Positions 22,091-34,231 are shown, counted from the first letter of the stretch. The stretch is DNA of 64,000 nucleotides from an uncultured Rivularia sp. (GCA_963665115.1 OY762007.1:2368001-2432000); one strand, 5' to 3'. The notes: generated from the sequence alone by a model not told the origin. Numbers and translations are program-made.

Positions 22091-23038
22091 TTAAGGATTA
22101 TAAACAAAATCACTTTCAATATGCATTCCAACCCAGTCAGAAGATTTTGTTTCACCGACGATGTATATATTTTCTAACGTCCAGAAGCTAAATCTATACA
22201 TCATTGTGTTAGGAAAAGTTTGATGCAAAAATTGATTAAATTTACTATATCTTTGAAAGAGAGAATCCCGCTTTTCAAACTTGGAGTCAAAATATTTTTC
22301 GTCGAAATAAAGTTTATCAGAATACAATCCATTGAATTTACTAAGTTCTAGAATTCCCGAACCTTGTAAAACCTTTTCAACTGCTAATTCTTTAGTTTTA
22401 CCTACAGCATAAACAATACGATTGTCATAATTATAATTATAACCTCCACCTAAATCACCAGATAAATGAATTGTTTCAATTTCAGAAATAATTTCTTCAA
22501 CATCTGAAATTAAAGTTTTTGTATTTTCTCCCATCTCTTCAAGATTCAATTCTCGGCTTTGTTGGGTACGAAAAATTTGCTCTTGTGGAATAGTTGTTTC
22601 CGTGTAGACAGTAGGACAAACGCTAATCCAATCTCCATCTATTGTTTTACCAATTACTATACTAATGGAACCACGAGCATAATAATGGGCTTGAATATCA
22701 AATGTTTCTAATACTTGCAGATTATTATCTAGGAGCGTGAATAGGGATATAATTTTTTCCAACCTCTGCTTTTCTTCGTCTTTCTTTAGGGAAAAGCTGT
22801 TAAAAGATTTAGCATATTCTATTGTTTGCGAACTTGTACGTATAACATCATTATCTGTTAATTTTAACCATGCTCTTGAAATACTTAAATTTAATGCATT
22901 GAAATCTTCTTGCTTCGATGCTTCCCAGATAAATGGATAAATATATTTACCAGTTATATGTCCAGGTAAACCTATATAAGGAAGTGATTCAAGTAAAACT
23001 TCTAAGGTACCTAACAGCTTGATTGTTTTTGTATTCAT
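22091..23038 (-). CDS. Protein with two NuiA (nuclease A inhibitor)-like domains
   Basis: Two motifs resembling the NuiA C-terminus: IVIGKTIDGDWISV and MYRF...IYIVGETKSSDWVGM; start at MNTKT. Confidence 0.55.
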   Translation of the reverse strand: MNTKTIKLLGTLEVLLESLPYIGLPGHITGKYIYPFIWEASKQEDFNALNLSISRAWLKLTDNDVIRTSSQTIEYAKSFNSFSLKKDEEKQRLEKIISLFTLLDNNLQVLETFDIQAHYYARGSISIVIGKTIDGDWISVCPTVYTETTIPQEQIFRTQQSRELNLEEMGENTKTLISDVEEIISEIETIHLSGDLGGGYNYNYDNRIVYAVGKTKELAVEKVLQGSGILELSKFNGLYSDKLYFDEKYFDSKFEKRDSLFQRYSKFNQFLHQTFPNTMMYRFSFWTLENIYIVGETKSSDWVGMHIESDFVYNP

Positions 23039-23048
23039 GATTTTATAA

Positions 23049-25255
23049 TTACTTGGTTGATATACTGTGATTCGCTGCTGCTCTGACAATCCAATTTCCA
23101 TCACGAGTAAGTGTTTCGAGCAGTTCTAAAGATGTTGCTTCATTCTGAGTTACAGCATATCTTTCCAACCAAAAAACAGAATTTGCTCCTTGGGTTAATA
23201 TTCCTCTGGGTGTGATGGGATGGAGTAGAGTTACAAATCTGACGAAAGTGTTATCTGATTCAGCATATTCTGTAAGTACCGTTGCTAAATCGTCATTATT
23301 GGAATCGTAAATTCGGGGAAGCTCGCTTAAAGTTATACTGGTTTGTTTTGGTAGTGGTTCAAAAATATCATCTTCCGAACTTTCACTAGTATTTTCGGGA
23401 TTATTGGGATTTTCATTAACCGCTCGACGTACTTCGATTTTTTCGTCGTTTGCTAGCTGTTCGAGTATTGTTATTGAAATGTTGGGATTAGAAGCTACTG
23501 CTGTACGAACTTGAGAATTTTCATCACCAGCTAATTTTTCTAATATATTTAACTGTGTAATAGAATTGGTTGCTACTTTAATTCTGACTTCAACTTCTTC
23601 ATCTAATGCTAGTAATTCCAAAATGTCTGCTGGTGTTTGATTGGAATAAGCAACTGTTCCCCTTACCGATACAGTTTCATCTTCAGCTAACTTCAGCCAT
23701 AATTCTTCAGTTAACTTGGGATGACGTACTAAAATTTTCCTGACTTCAACGGATGAATCTTGGGTCAAAGTGTTTAGTATATTTAGAGTTAAGCTGGGAT
23801 TGTAAGCCAAAGTTTGAACTATAGAATCATTAGTTGTCGGTGGAAGAATTGAATTTGCATCAGGTGTCGGACTAATAAATTCTCTTCGAGCTAAAATTTT
23901 TAATGCTTCTGTTGGTGTACGTGGATTGCTCGCAATTGTCCGCAATAAATCATTATTATCTCCGGGAAATGCACTTTTGAGCATATCAACGGTTCGATTT
24001 GGTTCGTTTCCAGAAATACAGCAACTCATTACTATTTGAGCAAGTACCTGTGGTGATACGTTGGCATTGCGAGCTACATCAAGACGAGTGGTAAAGTCAG
24101 AATGGGTAGCTAATATTTCTAAAGTTTCGGGAGAGGTATTACGATTACTCGCTACTGCTCGAACTGTCGGAACATAAGAATTTCTTGCTAACTGTTGTAA
24201 TGCTGTAGCTGGTGTATTGCGATGATAAGCAACAAGATAACGAACCGAATTGTTACTATTAGTCGCTAATTGAGCTAAAGTTTCCGATGGCATTTGCGAA
24301 CCTTGAACCGGATGCTTGATAAAATCAGCTATGTCTTTATCATTCATATTTCTTACTGCATGAGCAAGAACAATTCCTGGTGTGTTGGGATTGCGCTGAT
24401 TTACTAAGTTATCTTCCAATCCCAAACTAGTTAAAACTTCAACTGGTGTATTTAAATTTGCTATTAGTTTAGATTTGACTTCCCTACTCGAATCATTTGC
24501 TAACCGAACTAGAATTTCAACTGGAGTATGGGAATATCCTGCAACTGCTGCTCTTACTCGTTCGGATTCATCTTGAGACAATATTTCTAATAATTGTGGG
24601 GGTGTTGGTGGTGTGTTTCTAAAATTGGTTTGTCTAAAAAGACTTAATTTTATTCCCACACTTGAATTCCGAGCTAATTCCAGTGCAGTGTTAAAAGGTA
24701 AATTTGGATTCTCAACCGCTAATTTAGATATCCCCTCATCATCATCCCTTACTAACCGTTCGATAATAGAAGCAGGAGTTTTGGAATTCCTTGCTAAAGT
24801 TATTTTAGATTTGCGATCGCCTTTTTCTAAAACTTGAGCTAAAGCAAAAGGACTATCTAAACGACGAGCCATAAATTCATTTACTTGAGCAATATTTTCA
24901 CAATTTTCGTTCTCAAGTAATAAGCGATAGCGCTCAAAAAATCGGGAGGTACGGGAGCAAATTTCATCAACTCCACCGCTAACCTATCATTTTCCCCCAA
25001 ATCCTTATTTCGTAAGATTTCCGAAACAACTTCCCGATAATTTTCTGTTACTTCACCCACCCAATTAACGTGCAATCTCGCAACTTCCGCAACCGAGGAA
25101 GAATTGCTGTTAACTAAAACCTCTAAAAGACTACGGGGAGTCTCGGAAAAAGAAGCAACAGCAATCTGAATTCCCCTTGATTCTCCCAATAACTCTTCAG
25201 GAGCATCTAAAAATCTTTGTAAATCCCCCGCATTAACCCTGTGAAGTGACTGCAT
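23049..25255 (-). CDS. Leucine-rich-repeat-variant (LRV/HEAT-like) repeat protein, split near 24900-24945
   Basis: Many VRxAVAxNPNTPxExLExLA repeats; ORFs 24881-25255 and 23049-24872 are out of frame. Confidence 0.75.
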
Positions 25256-25463
25256 AATTTTAAATGATTATTTGATAGTACTAAAATACTATCATGGATG
25301 AATTGTCAAAAGTTTGATTCACGAGTTTATAGTTCCCCAGATGAAGAGAAATATTTCCTAGAGGAAACTATTTTTTGAGATGAATACAATCAAAGCTGTG
25401 TTTCAGTTCTATTTATCTGACTTCTTGCACCATTATAAATATCACCTTGGTTGGGATAAAATA

Positions 25464-25979
25464 TCAATCCTTCTCATTCCAAGCTGCTAATCTTTGCTGA
25501 CAAACTGGTAGCGGACATTCACTCATATCACAAAAACGACAAATAAATTCTTCTAAAACTTCAGTGTTACTATATTGTCCTGCCATTTTAGACAATGTAC
25601 TTAGCAGTTGTTGCCGCTCCTGTTGCGTTAATGGTTGAAGTAAATTTGATACCGCTTCAGCTTTAGCCTGCTGAATCTTCTCAACCATCCCTTTCCCATC
25701 AGATGTAAGTTGCAGATGAACGCAACGACGGTCATTTCCTTGATGGCGCTCTACCAAATTTTGATTTACCAGACGCTCAACCAGCCTAGCTGCACCTGAT
25801 TGAGAAAGCTGTAAATATTGTGCGAGTAAGTCCACTGTAATCGTAGGATAGCGTTCCACAATCACCAGTGCAGCCGGGAAAGAAGCCGTATTCCCCGTGG
25901 CTTCTTTTGCTGCATTTTGGATGCTGTCGGAAATGGCGATCGCAGCTGCTCCGACTAAATTTATCAGTTGTGAATTCAT
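25464..25979 (-). CDS. MarR family regulator with Cys-rich C-terminal tail
   Basis: wHTH LAQYLQLSQSGAARLVERL...DRR...LQLT; tail ICRFCDMSECPLPVC. Confidence 0.88.
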   Translation of the reverse strand: MNSQLINLVGAAAIAISDSIQNAAKEATGNTASFPAALVIVERYPTITVDLLAQYLQLSQSGAARLVERLVNQNLVERHQGNDRRCVHLQLTSDGKGMVEKIQQAKAEAVSNLLQPLTQQERQQLLSTLSKMAGQYSNTEVLEEFICRFCDMSECPLPVCQQRLAAWNEKD

Positions 25980-26004
25980 TACTAATTTATGACTAGATTA
26001 TTAT

Positions 26005-26017
26005 ATGATTGACTCAT
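26005..26017. promoter_or_regulatory. Candidate MarR operator
   Basis: Imperfect palindrome ATGATTGACTCAT between the divergent marR and crtQa genes. Confidence 0.35.
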
Positions 26018-26117
26018 GCATTTATTTTATTAAATATAAATTTACCTTACAGCTTTCCCTTCTCCTTGATAAGGAGAGGAGTAGCGGTGGGGTGAGGTTT
26101 TTTAAGAGGTAGTTATT

Positions 26118-27608
26118 GTGAGTAAAAACATCATTGTCGTAGGTGCGGGACCGGGTGGATTAGCTACAGCTTTACGGCTAAAAGGTCAGGGTTATAACGT
26201 AGAAATATATGAATCAAGCAATCGCGTTGGTGGAAGAATGCGCGGTTTTCAAGATGGTGATTATGCTTTCGATACTGGCCCAACTATCCTGCAATTACCA
26301 AATCTTTACGACGATTTATTTGCTAGTGCTGGACTCAAACGAGAAGATTATATAACTTTTACTCGTTTAGAACCCTACACCAAATTACGCTTTTGGGACG
26401 ATTCGACACTAGAACTCACTACCGATTTTGATAAATTAAAGCATCAATTAGCCGCATTTCGTGAAGATTTACCCGCAGCTTTTGACCGTTGGTATGCTGA
26501 GGAAACGAAGAAATATGACGCTGGTTACGAACCTTACCTCAGTCAACCCGCTCGTTCGATTCTGGGGTATATGCGACCTGACGAACTGGGTACGGGTTTA
26601 AAATTTAAACCTTGGGAAACCCTTTATCAACACTTTTGGAATGCTTTTCGAGATGAGCGATTGGTTTATGCTCTCTCCTATCCAGCCAAATATTTGGGAA
26701 TGCATCCAACCCTTAGCGCTAGTGTATTTAGTTTGATTCCCTATATTGAAATGGCTTTTGGAGTTTGGCATCCTCAAGGAGGATTTCGCGCTTTGGCTCA
26801 AGCTATAGCCAAAGGATTCCAGGATTTAGGGGGAAAAATTCATTTGAATACACCAGTAAAACAAGTATGGCTGGAAAATCGTCAAGTGCAAGGAGTAGAA
26901 CTCGAAAATGGAGAACGAATAAAAGCAGATACTGTTGTAGTAAACGCCGACTTTGCTAGTGCGGTACAAACTTTGATTCCCCAAACAGCACAAGGGAAAT
27001 ACACCGAAAAATTCTTTGCTAAAAAACAGTTTTCCTGTTCTACATTTATGCTGTATTTGGGAGTTAATAAACGTTATGATAATTTACCCCATCACCAACT
27101 CTATTTATCCGAACATATTCGTAAACGAGAAAAACCTTTTGTCAATGACTCAGCATTAGATGAAATTAACCCACCATTTTACGTATGTAATCCGACTCCG
27201 GTAGATTCGAGCAACGCACCGGAAGGACATTCAACCCTTTATGTTTTAGTACCAATTCCTCACACCGGATATGGTGTTGATTGGCAGAAAAAAGCAAGAA
27301 GCTATCGAGATTTAGTTATTAAAAGATTGCCGTTGTTGGGATTTGATGGAGTAGAAAAACATATTGTTAGCGAGACTTGCTACACTGCCGATAATTGGCA
27401 GAATGATTATTCAGTTTACTTAGGTGCAGTTTTTAATCTTAGTCATAACTGGCTGCAACTTGGTCCATTTCGTCCCCCGATTCGTTCGGAATATATCGAT
27501 AAACTTTATTGGGTTGGTGGAGCGGTTCATCCCGGTAGCGGATTGATGACAATTTTGGAGTCAGCTAAGAATACCGCTGGGTTTGTTGGGGAAGATTTGG
27601 TTAAATGA
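26118..27608 (+). CDS. crtQa: CrtI-type zeta-carotene desaturase
   Basis: GAGPGGL, FDTGPTIL, GGAVHPGSG; closely resembles Anabaena PCC 7120 CrtQa as remembered. Confidence 0.8.
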   Translation: MSKNIIVVGAGPGGLATALRLKGQGYNVEIYESSNRVGGRMRGFQDGDYAFDTGPTILQLPNLYDDLFASAGLKREDYITFTRLEPYTKLRFWDDSTLELTTDFDKLKHQLAAFREDLPAAFDRWYAEETKKYDAGYEPYLSQPARSILGYMRPDELGTGLKFKPWETLYQHFWNAFRDERLVYALSYPAKYLGMHPTLSASVFSLIPYIEMAFGVWHPQGGFRALAQAIAKGFQDLGGKIHLNTPVKQVWLENRQVQGVELENGERIKADTVVVNADFASAVQTLIPQTAQGKYTEKFFAKKQFSCSTFMLYLGVNKRYDNLPHHQLYLSEHIRKREKPFVNDSALDEINPPFYVCNPTPVDSSNAPEGHSTLYVLVPIPHTGYGVDWQKKARSYRDLVIKRLPLLGFDGVEKHIVSETCYTADNWQNDYSVYLGAVFNLSHNWLQLGPFRPPIRSEYIDKLYWVGGAVHPGSGLMTILESAKNTAGFVGEDLVK

Positions 27609-27723
27609 GACTCTTTTATTTGAGGTTAAAAAATTAAAAAACCGCACAGACGCAGAGACTTTCTTATATAAATAAACCCCACCTGGGTTTTATAATTACC
27701 TCAATAACTTGATATAAACCCCA

Positions 27724-28990
27724 ATGACGACACAAGTTAATTCGCTCTGGCTTCCGTATGCACAAATGAAGACCGTTCCAGCCCCGTATCGAGTAGTTCG
27801 GGCAGAGGGGGTCAAGCTTTACCTTGATGATGGTACGGCGCTTATTGACGGTATCTCTTCGTGGTGGTGTGTTATTCACGGGTACAATCATCCCGTCCTC
27901 AATAAGGCAGCTCGGGAACAGCTTGCAAAATTCGCTCATGTTATGCTTGGGGGTCTTGTTAACGATGCAGCAATTAATCTAGCCGAGACCTTAGTCAGGA
28001 TTACTCCACCTGGTCTCAATCACGTGTTCTTTGGTGATAGCGGCTCAGTGGGAGTAGAAATTGCGCTAAAAATGGCAATTCAGTTCTGGCGCAACAAAGG
28101 GGTTTCCCAGAAAAGCCGTTTCGTAGCGCTACGTCGGGGATATCACGGCGATACAACAGGTGCAATGTCGGTAAGTGACGACGATGAAGGGATGCACCGA
28201 TTGTTTAAAGGGGGTCATGCTCCCCCAGTATTTTGTTGATGCACCGAGCGGGGATAACATAGAGTCTGACCAATGCCAAGCATCGCTTTCTCAACTCGCG
28301 GAGCTTTTAAAATCGAACAATAGCGAGATTGCTGCTGTCATTCTCGAACCGATATTTCAAGGGGCTGGTGGCTTTCGCTTCTATCCCCCAGAGTATTTAT
28401 TCCAGACCCGAAAACTTTGTGATGAATACGGAGTCCTACTCATCTTCGACGAGATAGCCACGGGTTTCGGACGAACAGGAGCCTTATTCGCAGCAGAACT
28501 TGCCAATGTCACCCCGGACATCATGGTGCTTAGTAAAGCGCTCACAGGGGGATACTTCGGACTATCGGCGACTATCGCTACCAGCCAAGTCTACGATTCC
28601 TTTCTCAGCGACGACCCGGAATTAGCCTTCATGCACGGACCTACTTTCATGGGAAATGCAGTAGCCTGTGCTGTGGCTTTGGCAAGTATCAACCTTATTG
28701 AAACAGAAAACTACCTCAGTAAAATCAAAGCGATTGAGCAAGTGCTTAAAGAAGAAATTCTGGGATTAGAAGGACCATCGCTTTGCGACGCACGAGTACT
28801 TGGAGCCATCGGAGTCCTAGAGTTTGAATCTCCGTCAAATCTCATCGGATTCAGGGAGTTTGCACTAAAACGGGGAGTTTGGCTGCGTCCGTATAGCAAG
28901 TGGCTGTACGCGATGCCCCCATACGTTATTAGTGAAGACGACTTGCGACAACTTACCGCAGTCATGAAAGAGTGGGTATCGCACTCGTAA
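27724..28990 (+). CDS. bioA: Adenosylmethionine-8-amino-7-oxononanoate transaminase (apparent +1 frameshift in G run 28210-28214)
   Basis: LWLPYAQM, DGISSWW, SGSVGVE, GYHGDT, DEIATGFGRTG, LSKALTGG, HGPTFMGN. Confidence 0.88.
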
Positions 28991-29269
28991 AGGAAGCACT
29001 AAAAATACTTAATAAATAGTTTGTAGATTGGGTTAGGTTCACCAAAATTATAATTTTGAACGAATAATTTATATTTGAACCGTAACCCAACATTAATGCT
29101 GGGAGTATTTCATCATGTTTATCTGCAATTCTGATGTTGAGTGACGGCACGAAAAAATAAATAAGTAAGTAAACAAAAATATTTACCGTCATTGCGTAAT
29201 TAATTATGTTTAACTACTTATTTTAATTAGAAGCGAAATTGTGTATTCGTATCTAACCCAACTAACAAC

Positions 29270-29397
29270 TAAGCTGATGTGCAGCTAAATTGAATAATGC
29301 GAAAATTTAACAAGGTTGTAGTGCGTTAGCGGAGCGTGTCCGCAAGGACATACATCTTGCTCGCTAGTACTATACAAATTAAATGCGTAGCAGCTTA
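29270..29397. mobile_element. MITE-like element with TAAGCTG...CAGCTTA ends
   Basis: Terminal inverted repeats; homologous inverted copy at 46551-46676. Confidence 0.6.
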
Positions 29398-29405
29398 ACA
29401 ACTAA

Positions 29406-30299
29406 CTAAAGTCCTTTAACCTGACGAAACTCGGTAACAACTTCGCTAATTTTGCGTAACTCACCTTCAACTTGATAATTAAGCTGCTGCATTTCATCAG
29501 CAGTAAGAATTCCAGCTATCTGAGATAGAGGTTTTTGCAACTGCGGATATTTTTTCAAAGTTTCCTTGCGGACAATCGGTGCAGCTTCATAAGGTGGAAA
29601 ATATTTCTTATCATCTTTTAATATCACCAAACCCAAACGAGCAATTTGTCCGTCGGTAGAGTTATTAACTACTACATCCACCAAGTCTTGAGTTAATGCT
29701 CGATATATCAAACCCAAATCCATACTCTTAGGTCTTCCTTCAAACTGCAAATTATAAGCTTTAATTAATCCCGGCAAACCATCTTCTCTTTCAGCAAACT
29801 CATAGCCGATGCCAATATCCCACTTTGGTACATACTTAGCAGCTTCAGAAATAGTTTTAATATTGTATTTCTTGGCCGTTTCACCGCGAACTATCACCGC
29901 ATAAGTATTTTCAAAACCCAAAGGTTGCGTCACTTCTAAATTAAACTGTTTCTCATAAGCTTGTTTGACCGCATCGTAAACCTTTCTCGGATCGTCAATC
30001 ACACTTTTTTTCAAAATCGTCGTTAAAGCCGTCCCCGTATATTCTATATAAGCATCAATGTTGCCAGTACGAAGAGCCTCATGGCAGAGTATAGTACCAT
30101 TTAACCTTGTACGGTCAACTTTTAGATCGGTGGTAGCCTCAATTTGCTGCGCTAAAAGTTCTACTAAAATATCTTGTTCGGTAAAGGCTTTTGATGCTAT
30201 TACGATATCCCCACCATTACTATTCGAGCTAATACCACATCCAGCAAACGCCAAACTCAAACAGAAACAAACAACTAATAGCGTAAAAAATTTCTTCAT
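29406..30299 (-). CDS. Osmoprotectant (glycine betaine/choline) ABC substrate-binding lipoprotein
   Basis: Lipobox FAGC; SKAFTEQ, EYTGT, GFENTY, FPPYEA. Confidence 0.9.
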   Translation of the reverse strand: MKKFFTLLVVCFCLSLAFAGCGISSNSNGGDIVIASKAFTEQDILVELLAQQIEATTDLKVDRTRLNGTILCHEALRTGNIDAYIEYTGTALTTILKKSVIDDPRKVYDAVKQAYEKQFNLEVTQPLGFENTYAVIVRGETAKKYNIKTISEAAKYVPKWDIGIGYEFAEREDGLPGLIKAYNLQFEGRPKSMDLGLIYRALTQDLVDVVVNNSTDGQIARLGLVILKDDKKYFPPYEAAPIVRKETLKKYPQLQKPLSQIAGILTADEMQQLNYQVEGELRKISEVVTEFRQVKGL

Positions 30300-30458
30300 T
30301 TTTTATTCAATTATTTCAATAACAATATTTAGGAGTTAGTAGTGAGTAGTGAGTAGTGAGTAGCAACCAATTCGTTTTTATTATTGGCTCCTCAACTATC
30401 TATTCTAATTTCTTTACTCTTTACTCTTTACTCGCTACTTAAACAATCTCTCTCTCAA

Positions 30459-31094
30459 CTAACCCTTCCCTTTAGTCAAGCTGCGTTCCAAGGCTCCAAT
30501 CCCTAAATCTGCAATCAGCGCAATGAATGCAGCAGGAACCGCACCAGCTAGAATCAACTGATTGTTTACCAAAGAAATGCCGCGAAAAATAAATACTCCT
30601 AAACCACCAGCACCAATCGCTGCTGCAATAGTTGCAATGCCGATACCAATTACCATTGCAACTCGTACACCCGCCAAAATGACTCCTAACGCCAAAGGAA
30701 TTTCTACTTGAAACAATAATTCCCTATCCGTCATTCCCATCCCGCGCCCAGCTTCGCGAATCGCCGGGTTTACATTCATGATACCAGTGTAAGTATTTCT
30801 AATTATGGGCAAAAAAGAATACAAAGTAAGTGCGAAAATTGCCGGAACCGGACCAATCCCACCAATAATAGGAACTGGAATCAGCAAACCCAACAGAGCC
30901 AAACTAGGAATCGTTTGGAAAATATTCGCAACACCTAGAATAGGCTGACGAAGAGCTTTATTACGAGTAATTAAAATCCCTAAAGGAATACCTATAATTG
31001 TTGCAATACTAATCGCAATAATCACTAACACCAAATGTTCAATACTGCGTTCAATAATTTCCGAACCGTATTTAATTAGAAAGAAATCACTCAT
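30459..31094 (-). CDS. Osmoprotectant ABC permease
   Basis: QTIPSLAL, EAGRGMGM, IGAGGLG; start MSDFF (the ORF extension is STRR-derived). Confidence 0.9.
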   Translation of the reverse strand: MSDFFLIKYGSEIIERSIEHLVLVIIAISIATIIGIPLGILITRNKALRQPILGVANIFQTIPSLALLGLLIPVPIIGGIGPVPAIFALTLYSFLPIIRNTYTGIMNVNPAIREAGRGMGMTDRELLFQVEIPLALGVILAGVRVAMVIGIGIATIAAAIGAGGLGVFIFRGISLVNNQLILAGAVPAAFIALIADLGIGALERSLTKGKG

Positions 31095-31223
31095 ATTTAT
31101 AAAATAATATTGGGCATTGGGCATTGGGCATTGGTAATTGGTAATTGGTAATTGGTAATTGGTAATTGGCTAAATATTAATTAACTCCCAACCTTTAACC
31201 TTTAACCTTTAACCTTTGACTTT

Positions 31224-31973
31224 TTAAACCGCTGTTTCCAAACATTTGAGAAAAGCAACTGCTTCCGGATGCGAAGTAGTCTTGAATTCTTCTGGAGTTC
31301 CCAAGAATACCAGTTCTCCCCCGTACATTAAACCAATTCTCGTCCCTAAAACAAAGGCTTCTTGAATATCGTGAGTTACAAACACAACGGTTTTACCTAA
31401 ATCCTGCTGCAACCGTTTAAATTCTTGCTGAAGTTCCAATCTTGTAATTGGATCTAATGCCCCAAAAGGTTCATCCATCAATAATACTGGAGGATCGGCA
31501 GCCAATGCTCTGGCTACACCTACACGCTGTCTTTGTCCACCGGAAAGTTCGTGGGGATATCTAGAAGCAAATTGCTCGGGTTCTAAACCTACGAGCTTCA
31601 ATAATTCAAAGGCTCGCGATTTTATTTGTTTGGAGTTCCAACCTTCTAATGAAGGAACTAAACCTACATTACGTTCGATTGTAAAATGAGGGAATAATCC
31701 TGTCTCTTGAATTACATAACCAATTTTGCGTCTGAGCTTGATTTCATCCCATTCAGTTGTTGACTTACCATCAAATACTACTTGACCTTCCGTAGGACGA
31801 TACAAACGGTTAATTAGCTTCATTGTAGTACTTTTACCGCTACCGCTACGTCCTAAAAGTATTAACGCTTCTCCTTTACGAATTTGAAAGTTAAGATTTG
31901 ATACTAATTGATTGTGATTGATACTGAGAGTAACATTACGGAACTCTACAGCGTATTCATTTTTCTGTGACAT
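31224..31973 (-). CDS. Osmoprotectant ABC ATP-binding protein
   Basis: GRSGSGKS, LSGGQRQR, MDEPFGALD. Confidence 0.92.
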   Translation of the reverse strand: MSQKNEYAVEFRNVTLSINHNQLVSNLNFQIRKGEALILLGRSGSGKSTTMKLINRLYRPTEGQVVFDGKSTTEWDEIKLRRKIGYVIQETGLFPHFTIERNVGLVPSLEGWNSKQIKSRAFELLKLVGLEPEQFASRYPHELSGGQRQRVGVARALAADPPVLLMDEPFGALDPITRLELQQEFKRLQQDLGKTVVFVTHDIQEAFVLGTRIGLMYGGELVFLGTPEEFKTTSHPEAVAFLKCLETAV

Positions 31974-32820
31974 GGATAATTTAACTCTTTCGGCTTATTT
32001 TAGCTGAATGTATGCTTAATGTACTTCATTAAGGTCGGATGTGTCGGTTAAGTATAGCGAAATTAACTTTGGGAGAGGGGGGATGAGGGGATGAGGGGAT
32101 GGGGAGACAAGGGGACAAGGAGATGGGGGATAGGGAGAAAATTAAATTTTAAACTGGTAACAAGTTACTGATTACTAGTTGTTAATAAGCAATATAAATC
32201 TTCCATAAAATTTAATAACGCTTCTATTTATTACAGCAATTTTATGTATTCAAAAATCGTTTTTGTAAATTTGTTTTTATGTGAAAAATATTTTGCTCTG
32301 GCTAGAAAATAATGCCAAATTGGCAAGACAAGATAATCCAAATAATGCTGGAATCTAAGGTAACTGAGTGTGACAAGCTGTCGTCATGGTAGGTGTATGT
32401 TGATGTATATAATTCTACGACTTACATTTTTTTAAGTAAAGTAAAGTAATTGTTTTTGGTTTATTCGATCGCATTGCTGATTGCTTAACTAATCTCGGTT
32501 GGCAGATAATAAATCAAAATTGGTATTTGTGAAAATCTAGTCTCATTAAGTAGAGCAAGGTTTATGCTTCATAAACAAAGCCGCCTTTTGACTTAAACGA
32601 CCAAAACTTTATTTAAATGTATAGGTACTAGAAAAAACATGAATATTCTATCTACAAAAATGATTTGAAGTCAGCTTTCATACAAAACTCTACTTGTTCT
32701 AAAAATTGATTGCTTTGAGCGATCGATTGTCTGCTGCGTTTAAGAGATACTGCGATTTTTTGCAATAGCAGCAAATCAAGGGTTGTTGAATAAACGTTTA
32801 TAAAAAGGAATCTCAAAAAA

Positions 32821-34231
32821 ATGCCTTGGGAAGTATCATCTACCTGTCCAATTAATCCCGTCCATGCAGCTTTGCTACGCACGGGAAAAGTTTTATTTTT
32901 TAGCGGTTCTGGCAATAATCCAAACGATATACCACAGGCGGCACTTGGTTCGGCCTTATTTGATGTCCAGAATGGAACATTTACACGACCGCAAATTCCC
33001 GGCGATAGTAATGGAAACCCGATCGATATATTTTGCGCTGGACAAGCATTTCGACCAGCCGGAAATCTTTTAGTTGCGGGTGGAAGTAAAAGGTATGACC
33101 CGTTTTTTGGTGAAGTAGCTAGCTTTTTCTTCAGTCCTACAAGCGAAAAATGGTCAAAAAGACAGTCAATGAATGCTGGGCCGCTGGTATCCGACTCTGG
33201 TTAGTTTGGGTAACGGACAAACTCTTGCGCTGTCGGGTTTGAATGAAACGGGGAATCTGGACTCAAACCCAGAACTTTATTCCTACAGTAAAGGCTGGAG
33301 AACTTTTACCACTCAGACAAGTCCTCTCGAACAGTATGCTCACGTGTACTTGTTAGATAATGGAAAATTGTTTTATGCAGGAGCGCAGTTGGGGGGTAAC
33401 AGAGGAGTTTCGCCACGAATTTTAACTTTACCAAAAAATTTCTCCGATCCAATTGGAGAGCAGCCTGTAGGTGGATTACAAGAATCTGGAAGAGGCAACC
33501 AAGCCGCCAGCGTATTGCTACCTCCGGCACAAGACCAAAAGGTAATGATTGTTGGTGGTGGTGGTGGTGGTACAACCGCTAGAGTTAATATTGTCGATTT
33601 AAAATCAAGTAGTCCGAGCTATCAGCCAGCAGCTTCTTTAAATAATCCTCGGATGCACCACAATGCCGTGATATTGCCCAATCGCACGGTATTTGTTTGT
33701 AATGGCAGCGGCGGCAATGAAGATATCGCGAAATCAGACTTACCCGCAGAAATTTATGACCCGGCAACAGATACTTGGACAGAAGTAGAAGACCCAAGTA
33801 TCAACGGTCGCGTCTACCATTCCGTAGCCCTATTATTGCCAGACGGTAGAGTTCTCACAGCAGGAGGAAATCCCTTCCGTGGCTCATTTGAAGCTCGTAT
33901 AGAAATTTACTCCCCAGACTACATCGCAGAACAAAGACCCGTAATTAGTACCGCTCCTAGCAAAGCGAAATGGGGAACATCATTTACTATCGAGACACCC
34001 CAAGCTGCTGATATTAAATGGGTGAACATAATCAGACCGATGGCGACTACCCACGGTTTGGAAAACGAACAAAGATTAGTAGATTTACCGATTAGTTCTA
34101 CTAATGGAAACACCCTAGAAGTTGATTTAACTTCCAACCGTAACCTCGCACCTCCCGGATGGTATATGCTCACAATCGTTGACAACAATGATGTACCCTC
34201 AGTTGCTAAGTGGGTGAAAGTTAATAAGTAA
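32821..34231 (+). CDS. Galactose/glyoxal oxidase-like copper radical oxidase (kelch + DUF1929), apparent +1 frameshift at 33178-33180
   Basis: IFCAG, RWYPT, VYHS, TTHG catalytic motifs; APPGWYML. Confidence 0.87.
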
